Positions 45,757-55,003 of a stretch of 64,000 bases of DNA are shown one piece after another. A model generated the notes under the pieces. That model made no database searches and had not been told where the DNA came from. It saw only the letters and a program-made list of their open reading frames with translations. Position 1 is the stretch's first letter. The number at the start of each line of letters is the position of its first letter. The position numbers were made by a program, and so were the translations under genes. The stretch comes from Escherichia phage slur07, in sequence record NC_028780.1, one strand, 5' to 3'.

Positions 45757-46765
45757 TGAAAACAGTAATGAAAAGCTATTTTGGTAGTCATCTTTATGGA
45801 ACTTCTACCCCAGAATCTGATGTAGATTTTAAAGAAATTTTTGTTCCTCCTGCTCGCGATATTCTTATCGGAAATGTCAAAGAGCACATGAGTAAAAACA
45901 CTAACAACACATCATCTAAAACACTAAAGATGATATTGACCATGAACTATACAGTCTTAAATATTTCTTTAAATTAGCAGCAGATGGTGAAACTGTAGCA
46001 TTGGATATGCTTCACACTCCACCTGAACTAGTGGTTAAATCTGATTTGCCTGATGTGTGGAAGTTTATTCAAGACAACCGTTCTCGTTTTTATACGACTA
46101 ACATGAAATCCTATTTAGGATATGTCCGCAAGCAAGCTTCTAAATACGGCGTCAAGGGTTCTCGTTTGGCTGCATTACGTGATGTATTGAAAGTAGTTAA
46201 TCAAATCCCTGAGCAATGGGTTGATTACCAAGAAGACGGTTCCATTAAGCAGCGTCGTACTAAAGTTGAAGATATTAAGCATCGTCTTCCAGAAAACGAA
46301 TTCTGTGAATGGGTGTTCCATAATCATGAGAAAACAGGTCCACAAACGTTCTATACAGTGCTGGGTCGTAAATATCAGACAACGCTTTCTCTTATTGAGC
46401 TTAAGCAGTCACTGAACAAATTAGATGCTGAATATGGTGAACGTGCTCGTAAGGCCGAAGCTAATGAAGGTATTGATTGGAAAGCACTAAGTCATGCTTG
46501 TCGTGGTGGACTTCAACTATTGGAAATTTACAAAACTGGCGACTTGATTTATCCACTCCAAGATGCTCCATTTATTCTCGACGTGAAGTTGGGTAAACAT
46601 CCATTTAAAACAGTTCAAGAGTTTTTGGAAGATGTGGTCGATCAAGTAGAAGCAGCATCTACTGAAGCTTCTAAGAATGGTATGCCTAAAACAGTAGACA
46701 TGAGTTTCTGGGATGACTTCCTTGAGAAGGTCTATCTTGAAAACCACCGAAGTTATTATAAATGA
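45753..46765 (+). pseudogene. nucleotidyltransferase-fold gene interrupted by a -1 frameshift (programmed frameshift, pseudogene or sequencing error)
   Basis: Frame-0 ORF 45753-45977 (74 aa, GS...SDVD NTase motif) stops at TAG 45975-45977; the -1 frame is open from 45920 to 46765 (254+ codons); slippery heptamer T_TTA_AAT at 45968-45974; no SD before first downstream ATG (46007). Confidence 0.6.
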
Positions 46766-46767
46766 TA

Positions 46768-46791
46768 GGGAGCCTTCGGGCTCCCTTTTTT
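46768..46791 (+). terminator. rho-independent terminator
   Basis: GGGAGCC-TTCG-GGCTCCC + TTTTTT, directly followed by early promoter 46816-46845. Confidence 0.65.
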
Positions 46792-46801
46792 ATTTCAAAA
46801 A

Positions 46802-46858
46802 TTTTTCACAAAACTGTTTACAAGCATAAAGCTTTATGGTACTATACAACTATCAACT
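46802..46858 (+). repeat. promoter-module repeat, copy B (terminator plus early promoter)
   Basis: Same two blocks as 31272-31328; preceded by terminator 46768-46791. Confidence 0.75.
46816..46845 (+). promoter_or_regulatory. early promoter, GTTTAC / 18 bp / TACTAT
   Basis: GTTTAC 46816-46821, TACTAT 46840-46845; follows terminator 46768-46791. Confidence 0.65.
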
Positions 46859-46879
46859 GATACGGATTTGGAGAATAAA

Positions 46880-47848
46880 ATGAAAACTGTAACTATCAAT
46901 AAGGGTATCTACTTCGGTAAAGAAATCTCTGGAACTTTTGAGCTCTTAGGTGAATGGTTCCCAGATAATGCTCCGGTAGATGCGCAAGGAGATGGTAAAG
47001 TTTTTGTTGAAATTGACGGTAAACGTCGCGGTGTTTGGGTTTACAAATCAGACATTTCATATGATGGTGTAAAAGTTGAAGAAGTTAAAGAATCGTATGA
47101 AGATATGAAAACCCGCATTAATAAAAGATTTAATGTTATGGGAATGATGACGAATGGTATTATTAATGGAAATATTCGTTCATTAATTATCTCTGGTGCG
47201 GCGGGTATTGGTAAAACGTATTCTTTAGATAAAGCTTTAAATAAAGCAAATGATATTGGATACATTGAATATAAAAGCATTAACGGTAAAATCTCCGGTA
47301 TCGGTCTTTATGAACAGCTTTGGAATAATCGTGAAGAGAATTCTGTCCTTTTGATTGATGATGTGGATGTTTTCTCTGATATGGACATTCTTAATCTTCT
47401 GAAAGCTGCTCTGGACACTGGAGAGACCCGTAAAGTCTGCTGGAGCACCGCATCTTCTTACTTAGAAGAAAAAGGCATTGAGCGTGAGTTTGAATTTAAA
47501 GGAACGATTGTTTTTATCACAAACGTTGACATTGACCGCGAATTAGACCGTGGTACTAAACTTGCTCCACATTTACAAGCATTAGTGTCCCGCTCAGTTT
47601 ATTTGGATTTGGGTGTTCACACTAATGAAGAAATTATGGTCAGGGTTGAAGATGTTATTCTTTCAACTGACATGATGCAAAAGCGCGGTCTTTCTGATGA
47701 AGAAACTTATAAAGCATTATCATGGATGAAAGTCAATGTTAATCGTTTACGCAATGTTTCACTGCGTACTGCTCTTTATCTTGCTGACTTTATTATGACC
47801 GACAAAAATGGTTGGGAAGAAATTGCTGAGGTTACTCTTCTGAAATAA
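46880..47848 (+). CDS. AAA-type ATPase
   Basis: 322 aa from ATG 46880 with SD GGAGAA; Walker A GAAGIGKT, Walker B LLIDDVD; early promoter 46816-46845. Confidence 0.7.
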   Translation: MKTVTINKGIYFGKEISGTFELLGEWFPDNAPVDAQGDGKVFVEIDGKRRGVWVYKSDISYDGVKVEEVKESYEDMKTRINKRFNVMGMMTNGIINGNIRSLIISGAAGIGKTYSLDKALNKANDIGYIEYKSINGKISGIGLYEQLWNNREENSVLLIDDVDVFSDMDILNLLKAALDTGETRKVCWSTASSYLEEKGIEREFEFKGTIVFITNVDIDRELDRGTKLAPHLQALVSRSVYLDLGVHTNEEIMVRVEDVILSTDMMQKRGLSDEETYKALSWMKVNVNRLRNVSLRTALYLADFIMTDKNGWEEIAEVTLLK

Positions 47849-47946
47849 TTCATAAGAGGCCTTCTATGACAAAAAGGCAGTTCAGAAATAGATTATATGG
47901 ACTGCCATCAAAAAGATGACTAGAATTAAACTGGTAAATGGAGGTA

Positions 47947-48252
47947 ATGATGTTATACTCAAAGGCTCGTGAAATTTATGAAACTAAAATTAAAGAAGCA
48001 GTATTTCAGTTCGCAACAACGATGCGATGGACAAATGATTGGGAGTATTCAAAAAATCATAAGAAGTCCTTGGTGACAAGAAAGGCTCATATGTTAGTGT
48101 TAATAGACCGTGAGCAGATTAAAGCCCGAGAAGCCCTCCAGAATCATAAAAAGGCTGCCTTTGAATGGTTTATGGATAACACTGCTCCTGAGACTAAGAA
48201 AGCAGTGAGCGCGTGGTTCAGTGGAAAAAATTGTGAAAGAAGTTTCTTTTAG
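47947..48252 (+). CDS. hypothetical protein
   Basis: about 101 aa; SD GGAGG before ATG 47947/47950. Confidence 0.5.
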   Translation: MMLYSKAREIYETKIKEAVFQFATTMRWTNDWEYSKNHKKSLVTRKAHMLVLIDREQIKAREALQNHKKAAFEWFMDNTAPETKKAVSAWFSGKNCERSFF

Positions 48253-48254
48253 TT

Positions 48255-48284
48255 GTTTACAAGACCGTTCCTCTGTGGTACTAT
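48255..48284 (+). promoter_or_regulatory. early promoter, GTTTAC / 18 bp / TACTAT
   Basis: GTTTAC 48255-48260, TACTAT 48279-48284. Confidence 0.65.
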
Positions 48285-48312
48285 ACAACTATCAACTACG
48301 GAGGAACAGAAA

Positions 48313-48840
48313 ATGAATGCTAAAGATATTTTCAACTTGGTAAACTACAATGATGGTAAATTTAAATCTGAAGCTCAAAGCAAGTTCTTTAATGACATCT
48401 CAATTGGAGGTGAAATCACTGTTGATGGAGGACAAATTTACAAATCACGTTGGAATTGGATCGTTATTATTGATGAGATTGGTATTGTAGAAATTTACAA
48501 AAATACGAATAAAAATCGTACATTACACTGGTCTCGTGATACTAACGAACAGTACAAAAAGGATAAAGCATCTAAATTATCTCGTGTAACTCAAGAAGAT
48601 ATTGAGTTCATCAAGAAAGATATTTTGATGTATGATAACTTAATTGCTGAAGAGCAAGCTGTTATTGATAAATTTGATGAGATTAAAGCTTCTCGTGAAA
48701 TTCCTGATTTTATGAAAGAATCAGTAAATGAACGATACACTCTCATTTCAGAGCGTATTGAAACTTACAAAAAGCAAAGAGCTGAACGCCAGAATACTCT
48801 TCGGAAGTTTGAAGAACGGTTAAAGACGGTACTCGCATAA
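48313..48840 (+). CDS. hypothetical protein with C-terminal coiled coil
   Basis: 175 aa from ATG 48313 with SD GGAGGAA; early promoter 48255-48284. Confidence 0.55.
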   Translation: MNAKDIFNLVNYNDGKFKSEAQSKFFNDISIGGEITVDGGQIYKSRWNWIVIIDEIGIVEIYKNTNKNRTLHWSRDTNEQYKKDKASKLSRVTQEDIEFIKKDILMYDNLIAEEQAVIDKFDEIKASREIPDFMKESVNERYTLISERIETYKKQRAERQNTLRKFEERLKTVLA

Positions 48841-48895
48841 CCGCTTTATACCAAGGATGGTATAATGGTTCTAAGCCCTTTTAATTGAGATTATT

Positions 48896-49303
48896 ATGAA
48901 ACAGTTGATAATTAAAAGATTGAATTTATTGATATGTTGTTTATGTATAGTAATTGCATATGGTTATTACGCAATTAATGATTATATGCATTATAAAGAT
49001 TATGATGTTACTGTAGTTAATACCTTTACAGGAACTCAAGGAAAGGGGTCTAGTTTATCGTTTATTGCCGTATATGAACTAAATGACGGTTATAGATTTA
49101 GCGAATATATTTCACTGGAGATGTATTCTTCAATAGAAAAAGGTGATAATATTACTGTAAGTTTACGTCCTTTCGACGTAAAACAGACATTGTTTGATAA
49201 TATTGTTTGGTTCTTTGGAATGGTATTAGTTCAATCTGTGTGTGGTGCTTATATAGTCTGTTCCATCTTATTCTGTATATTTAGTAAAATTGAAATTGAG
49301 TGA
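48896..49303 (+). CDS. membrane protein
   Basis: 135 aa; N- and C-terminal hydrophobic helices. Confidence 0.55.
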   Translation: MKQLIIKRLNLLICCLCIVIAYGYYAINDYMHYKDYDVTVVNTFTGTQGKGSSLSFIAVYELNDGYRFSEYISLEMYSSIEKGDNITVSLRPFDVKQTLFDNIVWFFGMVLVQSVCGAYIVCSILFCIFSKIEIE

Positions 49304-49310
49304 GGAAAAT

Positions 49311-50198
49311 ATGTCAGTAGTAATTAATAATGTCAATGCAGTAATTAAATCTTTAGTTAATAAAAAATTGAATGAATGGACTGTACTTCGTCGTGGAGAG
49401 CCAGATAAATTTTTTCATAGATTTAACCCAACTTTGGATTTGAATGTTATTGACAGAGATGTTCATGCTGAAATATTAGATAAGTTTAAAGTTGATATTG
49501 GGTTTGGATTAGATAAACATTTACAACGAACAAACGGGTCTGGAATGGGTTTATCTAATCGCATCATGAAAGCCCTTAATAAAATTGGAGCGTTGTCTCG
49601 TATTAATGCGAGTGAAATCCTTCGCAATTATAATAAAGGATATGACCTTTATGGTCGACTAATGCCGAAATTATCATTCGATCAAATGATTGCGGATTTG
49701 TGGGAAAATCAACGACGATTATTAGCATTAGGCGCTCGATTAGCTAAAGGTCTAGATAAACAAATGATTTTTAAGACCAATAATACAGAAGACCTTAAAT
49801 GCTTTAAATTTAGTATTCGCGGCGATGATTATTATATCAGAGCTCGCTCTACAGATTATGTTAATATGGGGCATCATCTCTGTTTAGCTTTTGAAGTTTT
49901 AAAAGAAGCTGGAACGTTAGAATATTCATCTGGTGCTAAATGCCCGATTGGTTCAAATTGCATTTTAATTTATCGCCCGGATGAATCCAGTTTAACTAAA
50001 TTTCCTACAAAACCTGTACCAGTTCGTAGTAATGAAAAACATTCTGAGCAAATTGATTATTTTAATAAGCAAATTGAAGAGCTGAATATTTCTATTCAAC
50101 AATATGACGATGAAATTTTCAGACTATCTGGACTGAGTAGTAAAGCTAAATCTGAACGTGAAAAATTAATTAAAATTGTTGATTTACTTAAATCTTAA
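49311..50198 (+). CDS. hypothetical protein with C-terminal coiled coil (tandem set, 1 of 4)
   Basis: 295 aa from ATG 49311 with SD GAGGAAA; C-terminal ~35 aa heptad region. Confidence 0.6.
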   Translation: MSVVINNVNAVIKSLVNKKLNEWTVLRRGEPDKFFHRFNPTLDLNVIDRDVHAEILDKFKVDIGFGLDKHLQRTNGSGMGLSNRIMKALNKIGALSRINASEILRNYNKGYDLYGRLMPKLSFDQMIADLWENQRRLLALGARLAKGLDKQMIFKTNNTEDLKCFKFSIRGDDYYIRARSTDYVNMGHHLCLAFEVLKEAGTLEYSSGAKCPIGSNCILIYRPDESSLTKFPTKPVPVRSNEKHSEQIDYFNKQIEELNISIQQYDDEIFRLSGLSSKAKSEREKLIKIVDLLKS

Positions 50199-50206
50199 GG
50201 AACACC

Positions 50207-51226
50207 ATGAAAACTCGTTCTCAAATTGAAGATATGGTTCGTAATGCCAGCTATACTCGTGATGTTATGACATTTTTGTGCCAAAATAATTTAGACCCTG
50301 ATAAAGTTAATCGTGATATTCACTTTAAATATATGAATAGCAGTGAATGGTTACGTCATTTTAGTAAAGCGGGGTATATTACACAAATGACTGCTCGTGA
50401 GCAGCTCACCGATTTCTGTAAAACTATTGATTATAAAAATCCTCTATTTGTTCAAGGTGTTGGTCAGAGTAAGGTCGATTTATCATCTGGATTTTTCAAT
50501 CCAAATCATTATCGTATTGAATGGAGATTTATTGCTCTATTCCGTAAACAATTAAAGCAAATTTTGTCGACGGCTAGTCGATTAAAAGGTTCTGATATTA
50601 ACTTAAAGAATCTGAAATTTGATGGTTATACTCTTCAGATGGAAGTAAGACCATTAAAAGAAAATAATAGAACTGCACGAATTAGCTTTAAACCTAATAC
50701 AAAAAATTCTCTTTCAATTTGTGAATGCCTTAAATCACAGTTGACAGAAGCATTTAAGTATATGGATGTTGTTGCTGCTGTTCAATCTAAGATTTTACCT
50801 CGTTTTGAACGATTTAAGTTAGATACAACATCATATGAACTTGATATGATCGTTTCATTTAAATACGATTTTTTGAGAAAGGACGAAGTCCCGCAAGAGA
50901 AAAAGCAGGAAGTGCAAGATAACTTAAATTTATCCAATTACTTATCAAACGATCCTAAATTTTGGATGTATAGTTCAGGTAATAATGATGCATGGAAATT
51001 CAATAAAGTGAATTTTCTTCCTGTTGAAAATCCGAGTCTTAAACCTGTTGAAAAATGGCACGCGGATGCGATTGAGAAGTCTATCAAGGCAGTAGATGAT
51101 GAACTCGTTAAAGCGACCAATGAAGTGCTAGAAGCTGAAAAGGCGTTAGAACAAGCTCAAGAAAAAGTAAAAAATCTCACGAAGCAACGTTCTAAACTGA
51201 ACAATGCACTAAATGCACTGAACTAG
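50207..51226 (+). CDS. hypothetical protein with C-terminal coiled coil (tandem set, 2 of 4)
   Basis: 339 aa; SD AAGGAA; C-terminal heptad region ...LEAEKALEQAQEKVKNLTKQRSKLNNALNALN. Confidence 0.6.
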   Translation: MKTRSQIEDMVRNASYTRDVMTFLCQNNLDPDKVNRDIHFKYMNSSEWLRHFSKAGYITQMTAREQLTDFCKTIDYKNPLFVQGVGQSKVDLSSGFFNPNHYRIEWRFIALFRKQLKQILSTASRLKGSDINLKNLKFDGYTLQMEVRPLKENNRTARISFKPNTKNSLSICECLKSQLTEAFKYMDVVAAVQSKILPRFERFKLDTTSYELDMIVSFKYDFLRKDEVPQEKKQEVQDNLNLSNYLSNDPKFWMYSSGNNDAWKFNKVNFLPVENPSLKPVEKWHADAIEKSIKAVDDELVKATNEVLEAEKALEQAQEKVKNLTKQRSKLNNALNALN

Positions 51227-51255
51227 TTTACTTTGCCACAAGGATGTGGTATAAT
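51226..51255 (+). promoter_or_regulatory. early promoter, GTTTAC / 18 bp / TATAAT
   Basis: GTTTAC 51226-51231, TGTGGTATAAT with -10 at 51250-51255. Confidence 0.65.
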
Positions 51256-51283
51256 GTTCTTACTTTCTACTGAGGAGATTATT

Positions 51284-52285
51284 ATGACTCGTAACGAATA
51301 TATCAAATCATTCAATAGCGTTATTGATGATAAAGCTATACCGATGTTTGGTCAAAATATCGTTCTTTCTATTATCAATCAATGGCTCAATAGTGTTGAT
51401 GCAAGTATTGTTTCTTCTACTAAATTTATTCATGAAATTCGTAAAATTTCTAGCCGTGTAGATAAAGATGTTATCAAGAAAACTTTTAAAGAGTCTCGTC
51501 TTCTTTCATATTTGGTTAATCGGGATATTCTTGGTAATTTTGGGAAAGAAATTAAACGAACCAAAGATGTAGTAGGATATAATTGGTTCGGTGATGTTAA
51601 TTCTTATCATCTTAATAATAAAGAAGACCCTGAGAATATTTTTACTCGTCGTTGGATTAGTAATTTCAGACTTTTCAAAGGACAAATTCTAAAATCAGCT
51701 TCTAAATTATGTTATGGCGATTATCGTCAAATTCATCCTTTGGCTTCTGATATGATTATCGTAAAAGAATATGAGCTTGATGAAAATAAAGTAGCTATTT
51801 TTGTGAATTATGGATTTTTTACACCAAACGCTAACCAAAAGAATATTAATAAATTTTTCTCAATTGCTAGCACTATAACTCGTCAGTTAGAGACTGCATT
51901 ACTTTGTATGGAAACAGTAGAAAATATTCATACATATCCTTTTAAGAATATATGCGGATGGGAAGGATATAAAATTGTAATTAGTCTTCGTGAAGTGAAA
52001 TGTGCTTATTCACCGACTGATAAAGAAATTTACCAACAAAAATGTGAAGAAATTGTGAATACTCCTAAAGAAGAAACTACACTTGAGGAACTAATGGATA
52101 ATCTTGATGATTCGCCTGAATCGGTAGAAATTCGTCCAGAAGTTATTGCATTAGAAAAAGCTTATAAAGAAGCTCTAGAAATTTCTAATAAAGCGCAGAA
52201 AGAATATGAGCAGGCTAAAAAGATTTGGGAAGAATCCGTTAATCGTCTTGATCGTCTTGAACAAGCTTTACAGTTAATTAAGTAA
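51284..52285 (+). CDS. hypothetical protein with C-terminal coiled coil (tandem set, 3 of 4)
   Basis: 333 aa from ATG 51284 with SD GAGGAG; own early promoter 51226-51255; C-terminal heptad region. Confidence 0.6.
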   Translation: MTRNEYIKSFNSVIDDKAIPMFGQNIVLSIINQWLNSVDASIVSSTKFIHEIRKISSRVDKDVIKKTFKESRLLSYLVNRDILGNFGKEIKRTKDVVGYNWFGDVNSYHLNNKEDPENIFTRRWISNFRLFKGQILKSASKLCYGDYRQIHPLASDMIIVKEYELDENKVAIFVNYGFFTPNANQKNINKFFSIASTITRQLETALLCMETVENIHTYPFKNICGWEGYKIVISLREVKCAYSPTDKEIYQQKCEEIVNTPKEETTLEELMDNLDDSPESVEIRPEVIALEKAYKEALEISNKAQKEYEQAKKIWEESVNRLDRLEQALQLIK

Positions 52286-52337
52286 TTTAAAGCCAAGGAT
52301 GGCTCGGAGTATAAACCATTAACCAAGTGAGAAGAAT

Positions 52338-53267
52338 ATGAAAACTCGTAAACATTATATTGATTATTTTGACAGTCTTATTACTAAACATCGTAATTAT
52401 CAGATAGGACACAGAGCAGTAATCAATAATATTCTTCGTGATTTCCTTCAATATGTTGGTCAGGAAAATCATATCTGTAAAGATACTCAAACCGCTTATT
52501 CTCATTCGTTAGGCAATTTGCTTGAATGGTTTAAACGTTCTCGTATGTTATCTTCTACTGTAGCTCATGAGAACATTAAAAACTTTATGAAGCCGAGCTT
52601 CATTAAATCTGAGACATCTATAACCGATTTGGTTGAATTTACTATTGTTAATGATGTTAAAAAGACTCATTTGGCTGATTGGTTTTCTACCATTCCTGAA
52701 ACTAAATTTGCTGATAAATTTGCTTGTCAATTCAATGACCAAGTGAATATGCTTTTTAAGCATGCTCGCAAACTATTTACCGCGGGCGATGACCGTACAA
52801 ATACAGTTCATGTTAAGGACTGGGTTATTGCTGATGAAGTAACACACAAGCCAGGTGGTTCATCAGTATTAATTAATATCCAGGTTCCTTATTATTACTC
52901 ACGTAATCTTGGCACCATGACAGCTAAAGAAATTAATAAGCACAACAAAACTATTCGTTCGTTGTCTTATAAACTCCGCATGATGTTAAAAATTATGGAC
53001 GTAGTGGAAATGTATGACGAAACCGAAGATAATGGTTCAATGTTATACAGTTCACGCATTCTAATTAAACTGAAGAACCCTAATACATATAAGACAGTTG
53101 TAAAAGAGCCTAAAGTAGAAAAGGTTGATAATCTGAGTGAAGAACGTGAATATCTCAATGCCCGTTTGATTGAAGTTGAAGCCCAAATTACAGAACACGC
53201 CAAATTGTTAAAAGCTCTTAATGCAAAAGCAAATGGTTTACGTAATGCTATTGAGGTATTGAAATGA
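52338..53267 (+). CDS. hypothetical protein with C-terminal coiled coil (tandem set, 4 of 4)
   Basis: 309 aa; C-terminal heptad region ...[42 protein letters not shown]. Confidence 0.6.
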   Translation: MKTRKHYIDYFDSLITKHRNYQIGHRAVINNILRDFLQYVGQENHICKDTQTAYSHSLGNLLEWFKRSRMLSSTVAHENIKNFMKPSFIKSETSITDLVEFTIVNDVKKTHLADWFSTIPETKFADKFACQFNDQVNMLFKHARKLFTAGDDRTNTVHVKDWVIADEVTHKPGGSSVLINIQVPYYYSRNLGTMTAKEINKHNKTIRSLSYKLRMMLKIMDVVEMYDETEDNGSMLYSSRILIKLKNPNTYKTVVKEPKVEKVDNLSEEREYLNARLIEVEAQITEHAKLLKALNAKANGLRNAIEVLK

Positions 53268-53653
53268 AAAAGCGTTTATTAGAAGACATTGCAGCTTCAA
53301 GTAATTCCAGTTTAATTAAAATTATTATGGCTGGTGAGGAAGATGATATGGAAATGCGTGGAAAGATTCATGGCTGCGACGATTTAGATTTTAAACCTCC
53401 AGCATGGGATGCTATTATGGCTATGGTTGAACGACGTGAAAGAGCTTCTAAAAACGTTCCTAATTGCCCTGAATGCGGTACTGAACAAGTTCAATTGATT
53501 AACTGGCGTAAACCAGAGCTTGAATATAAATGCCGTCAATGTAAACATAAATTCAGTAAGCATGCTCCGGAAATGGTTAAATTGCCTGACTCTACTGAGT
53601 TCTTTAAAGAACTTGTGAGTGTTCAACCAATGCCTAATAATATTTTGGATTAA
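53264..53653 (+). CDS. zinc-ribbon protein
   Basis: 129 aa; CPECG ... 17 aa ... CRQCKHKF (C4 ribbon); ATGA overlap. Confidence 0.55.
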   Translation: MKKRLLEDIAASSNSSLIKIIMAGEEDDMEMRGKIHGCDDLDFKPPAWDAIMAMVERRERASKNVPNCPECGTEQVQLINWRKPELEYKCRQCKHKFSKHAPEMVKLPDSTEFFKELVSVQPMPNNILD

Positions 53654-53655
53654 AA

Positions 53656-53898
53656 ATGACCAAGCGTAAAGAATATATGGAGGCTGCTGAAAAGGCAGTC
53701 CGTGAATTAGCAATAGCTTATTATAATGAACATGGTAAATTTCCTGATAGATACAGCGTGCTTAAATCTGCTTTAACTCGTTCATATAAAAATATGCTAT
53801 CAGAAGTAAGTGATATTATATACAAACATAAAGAACAAACGGGCCAAAGTCTTGATTACGACGAGACTTTTAAACAAGTACTAGGAATTAAGGAATAA
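53656..53898 (+). CDS. hypothetical protein
   Basis: 80 aa ORF. Confidence 0.5.
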   Translation: MTKRKEYMEAAEKAVRELAIAYYNEHGKFPDRYSVLKSALTRSYKNMLSEVSDIIYKHKEQTGQSLDYDETFKQVLGIKE

Positions 53899-53900
53899 AT

Positions 53901-54164
53901 ATGTTTAAAGTATATGGTTATGATAGCAACATTCATAAATGTGTGTATTGCGATAATGCAAAACGTCTTTTGACCGTGAAGAAACAGCCGTTTGAATTTA
54001 TCAACATTATGCCGGAAAAAGGTGTTTTTGATGATGAGAAAATCGCTGAGCTTCTGACTAAACTAGGTCGTGATACTCAAATCGGCTTGACAATGCCCCA
54101 GGTATTTGCTCCCGATGGAAGTCATATTGGTGGATTTGACCAACTGCGAGAATATTTTAAATGA
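53901..54164 (+). CDS. nrdC: thioredoxin/glutaredoxin NrdC
   Basis: 87 aa MFKVYGYDSNIHKCVYCDNAKRLL... with CVYC redox motif; matches T4 NrdC. Confidence 0.92.
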   Translation: MFKVYGYDSNIHKCVYCDNAKRLLTVKKQPFEFINIMPEKGVFDDEKIAELLTKLGRDTQIGLTMPQVFAPDGSHIGGFDQLREYFK

Positions 54165-54376
54165 TGCTCGAAGGAACTGACTATATTCATGATTACCGCG
54201 GAAGCGCGGTATATGTAGGTGATGAAGTTGCAGTTTATTATGGGTATGGAACTTTGATGACAGCCAAGGTTATTCAAATTAAAAATAATCGTGCTAAACT
54301 CGAAGTTTATTATTCTAATGGTGAAAAGTCTATTTCTAAGTGGAAATACGGCGATTGTATGGTTAAATTGGGGTAA
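54161..54376 (+). CDS. hypothetical protein
   Basis: 71 aa, ATGA overlap with nrdC. Confidence 0.5.
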   Translation: MMLEGTDYIHDYRGSAVYVGDEVAVYYGYGTLMTAKVIQIKNNRAKLEVYYSNGEKSISKWKYGDCMVKLG

Positions 54377-54378
54377 AT

Positions 54379-54549
54379 ATGATTTACGATATTAATGTAT
54401 CACGAGCTCCGTCAATGGTTACTATTCCAGCCGAAGAACTAGATCGTCTTCAGAAAATTGAAGAACTTCTTTGGGAAATTGAATGTGACCTGCCATCAGG
54501 ACTAGAATCCTGGATTGATGATGAAGAACTTAATAAATTGCGAAATTAA
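54379..54549 (+). CDS. hypothetical small acidic protein
   Basis: 56 aa ORF not in the track; ATG 2 nt after previous stop. Confidence 0.35.
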   Translation: MIYDINVSRAPSMVTIPAEELDRLQKIEELLWEIECDLPSGLESWIDDEELNKLRN

Positions 54550-54559
54550 TTGGTGAAAA

Positions 54560-54880
54560 ATGACTATTGAAAATAAATTAGATGTTGATGCAGTTCTGAG
54601 CGAAATCATTGAAGACCATGATGCATTTTCGGAAAACTATGATTTCGATTTTTCCGATTATCTTAAACCTGTCGAAATAGAAGACTGGGTGCAAGATGGT
54701 AAATGTCAATATCGTCAGTGTGTTTACTTTAGTCCAAAACATAATGTACATGTGGCTGTAAATGAATCTCGGTCAGGTTCTTATCATTCTGACTGGTATT
54801 ATGCAGTTCCGACTGTTGAACTAGTCGAGCCCCATGAACGTGTAGTAACTCAGACAGTACGAGAATGGATTACGCTATAA
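54560..54880 (+). CDS. hypothetical protein
   Basis: 106 aa ORF. Confidence 0.5.
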   Translation: MTIENKLDVDAVLSEIIEDHDAFSENYDFDFSDYLKPVEIEDWVQDGKCQYRQCVYFSPKHNVHVAVNESRSGSYHSDWYYAVPTVELVEPHERVVTQTVREWITL

Positions 54881-55003
54881 AACCTTGGTGGGCGGCTAGA
54901 TGGGAAACTGTAGAGCCAGAGCCGGAAGAACCGGTTTACACTGATGAAGAAACGGTGTATAATGAACCTACAATAAATGACATAATTGATATGGAGATGG
55001 GAC

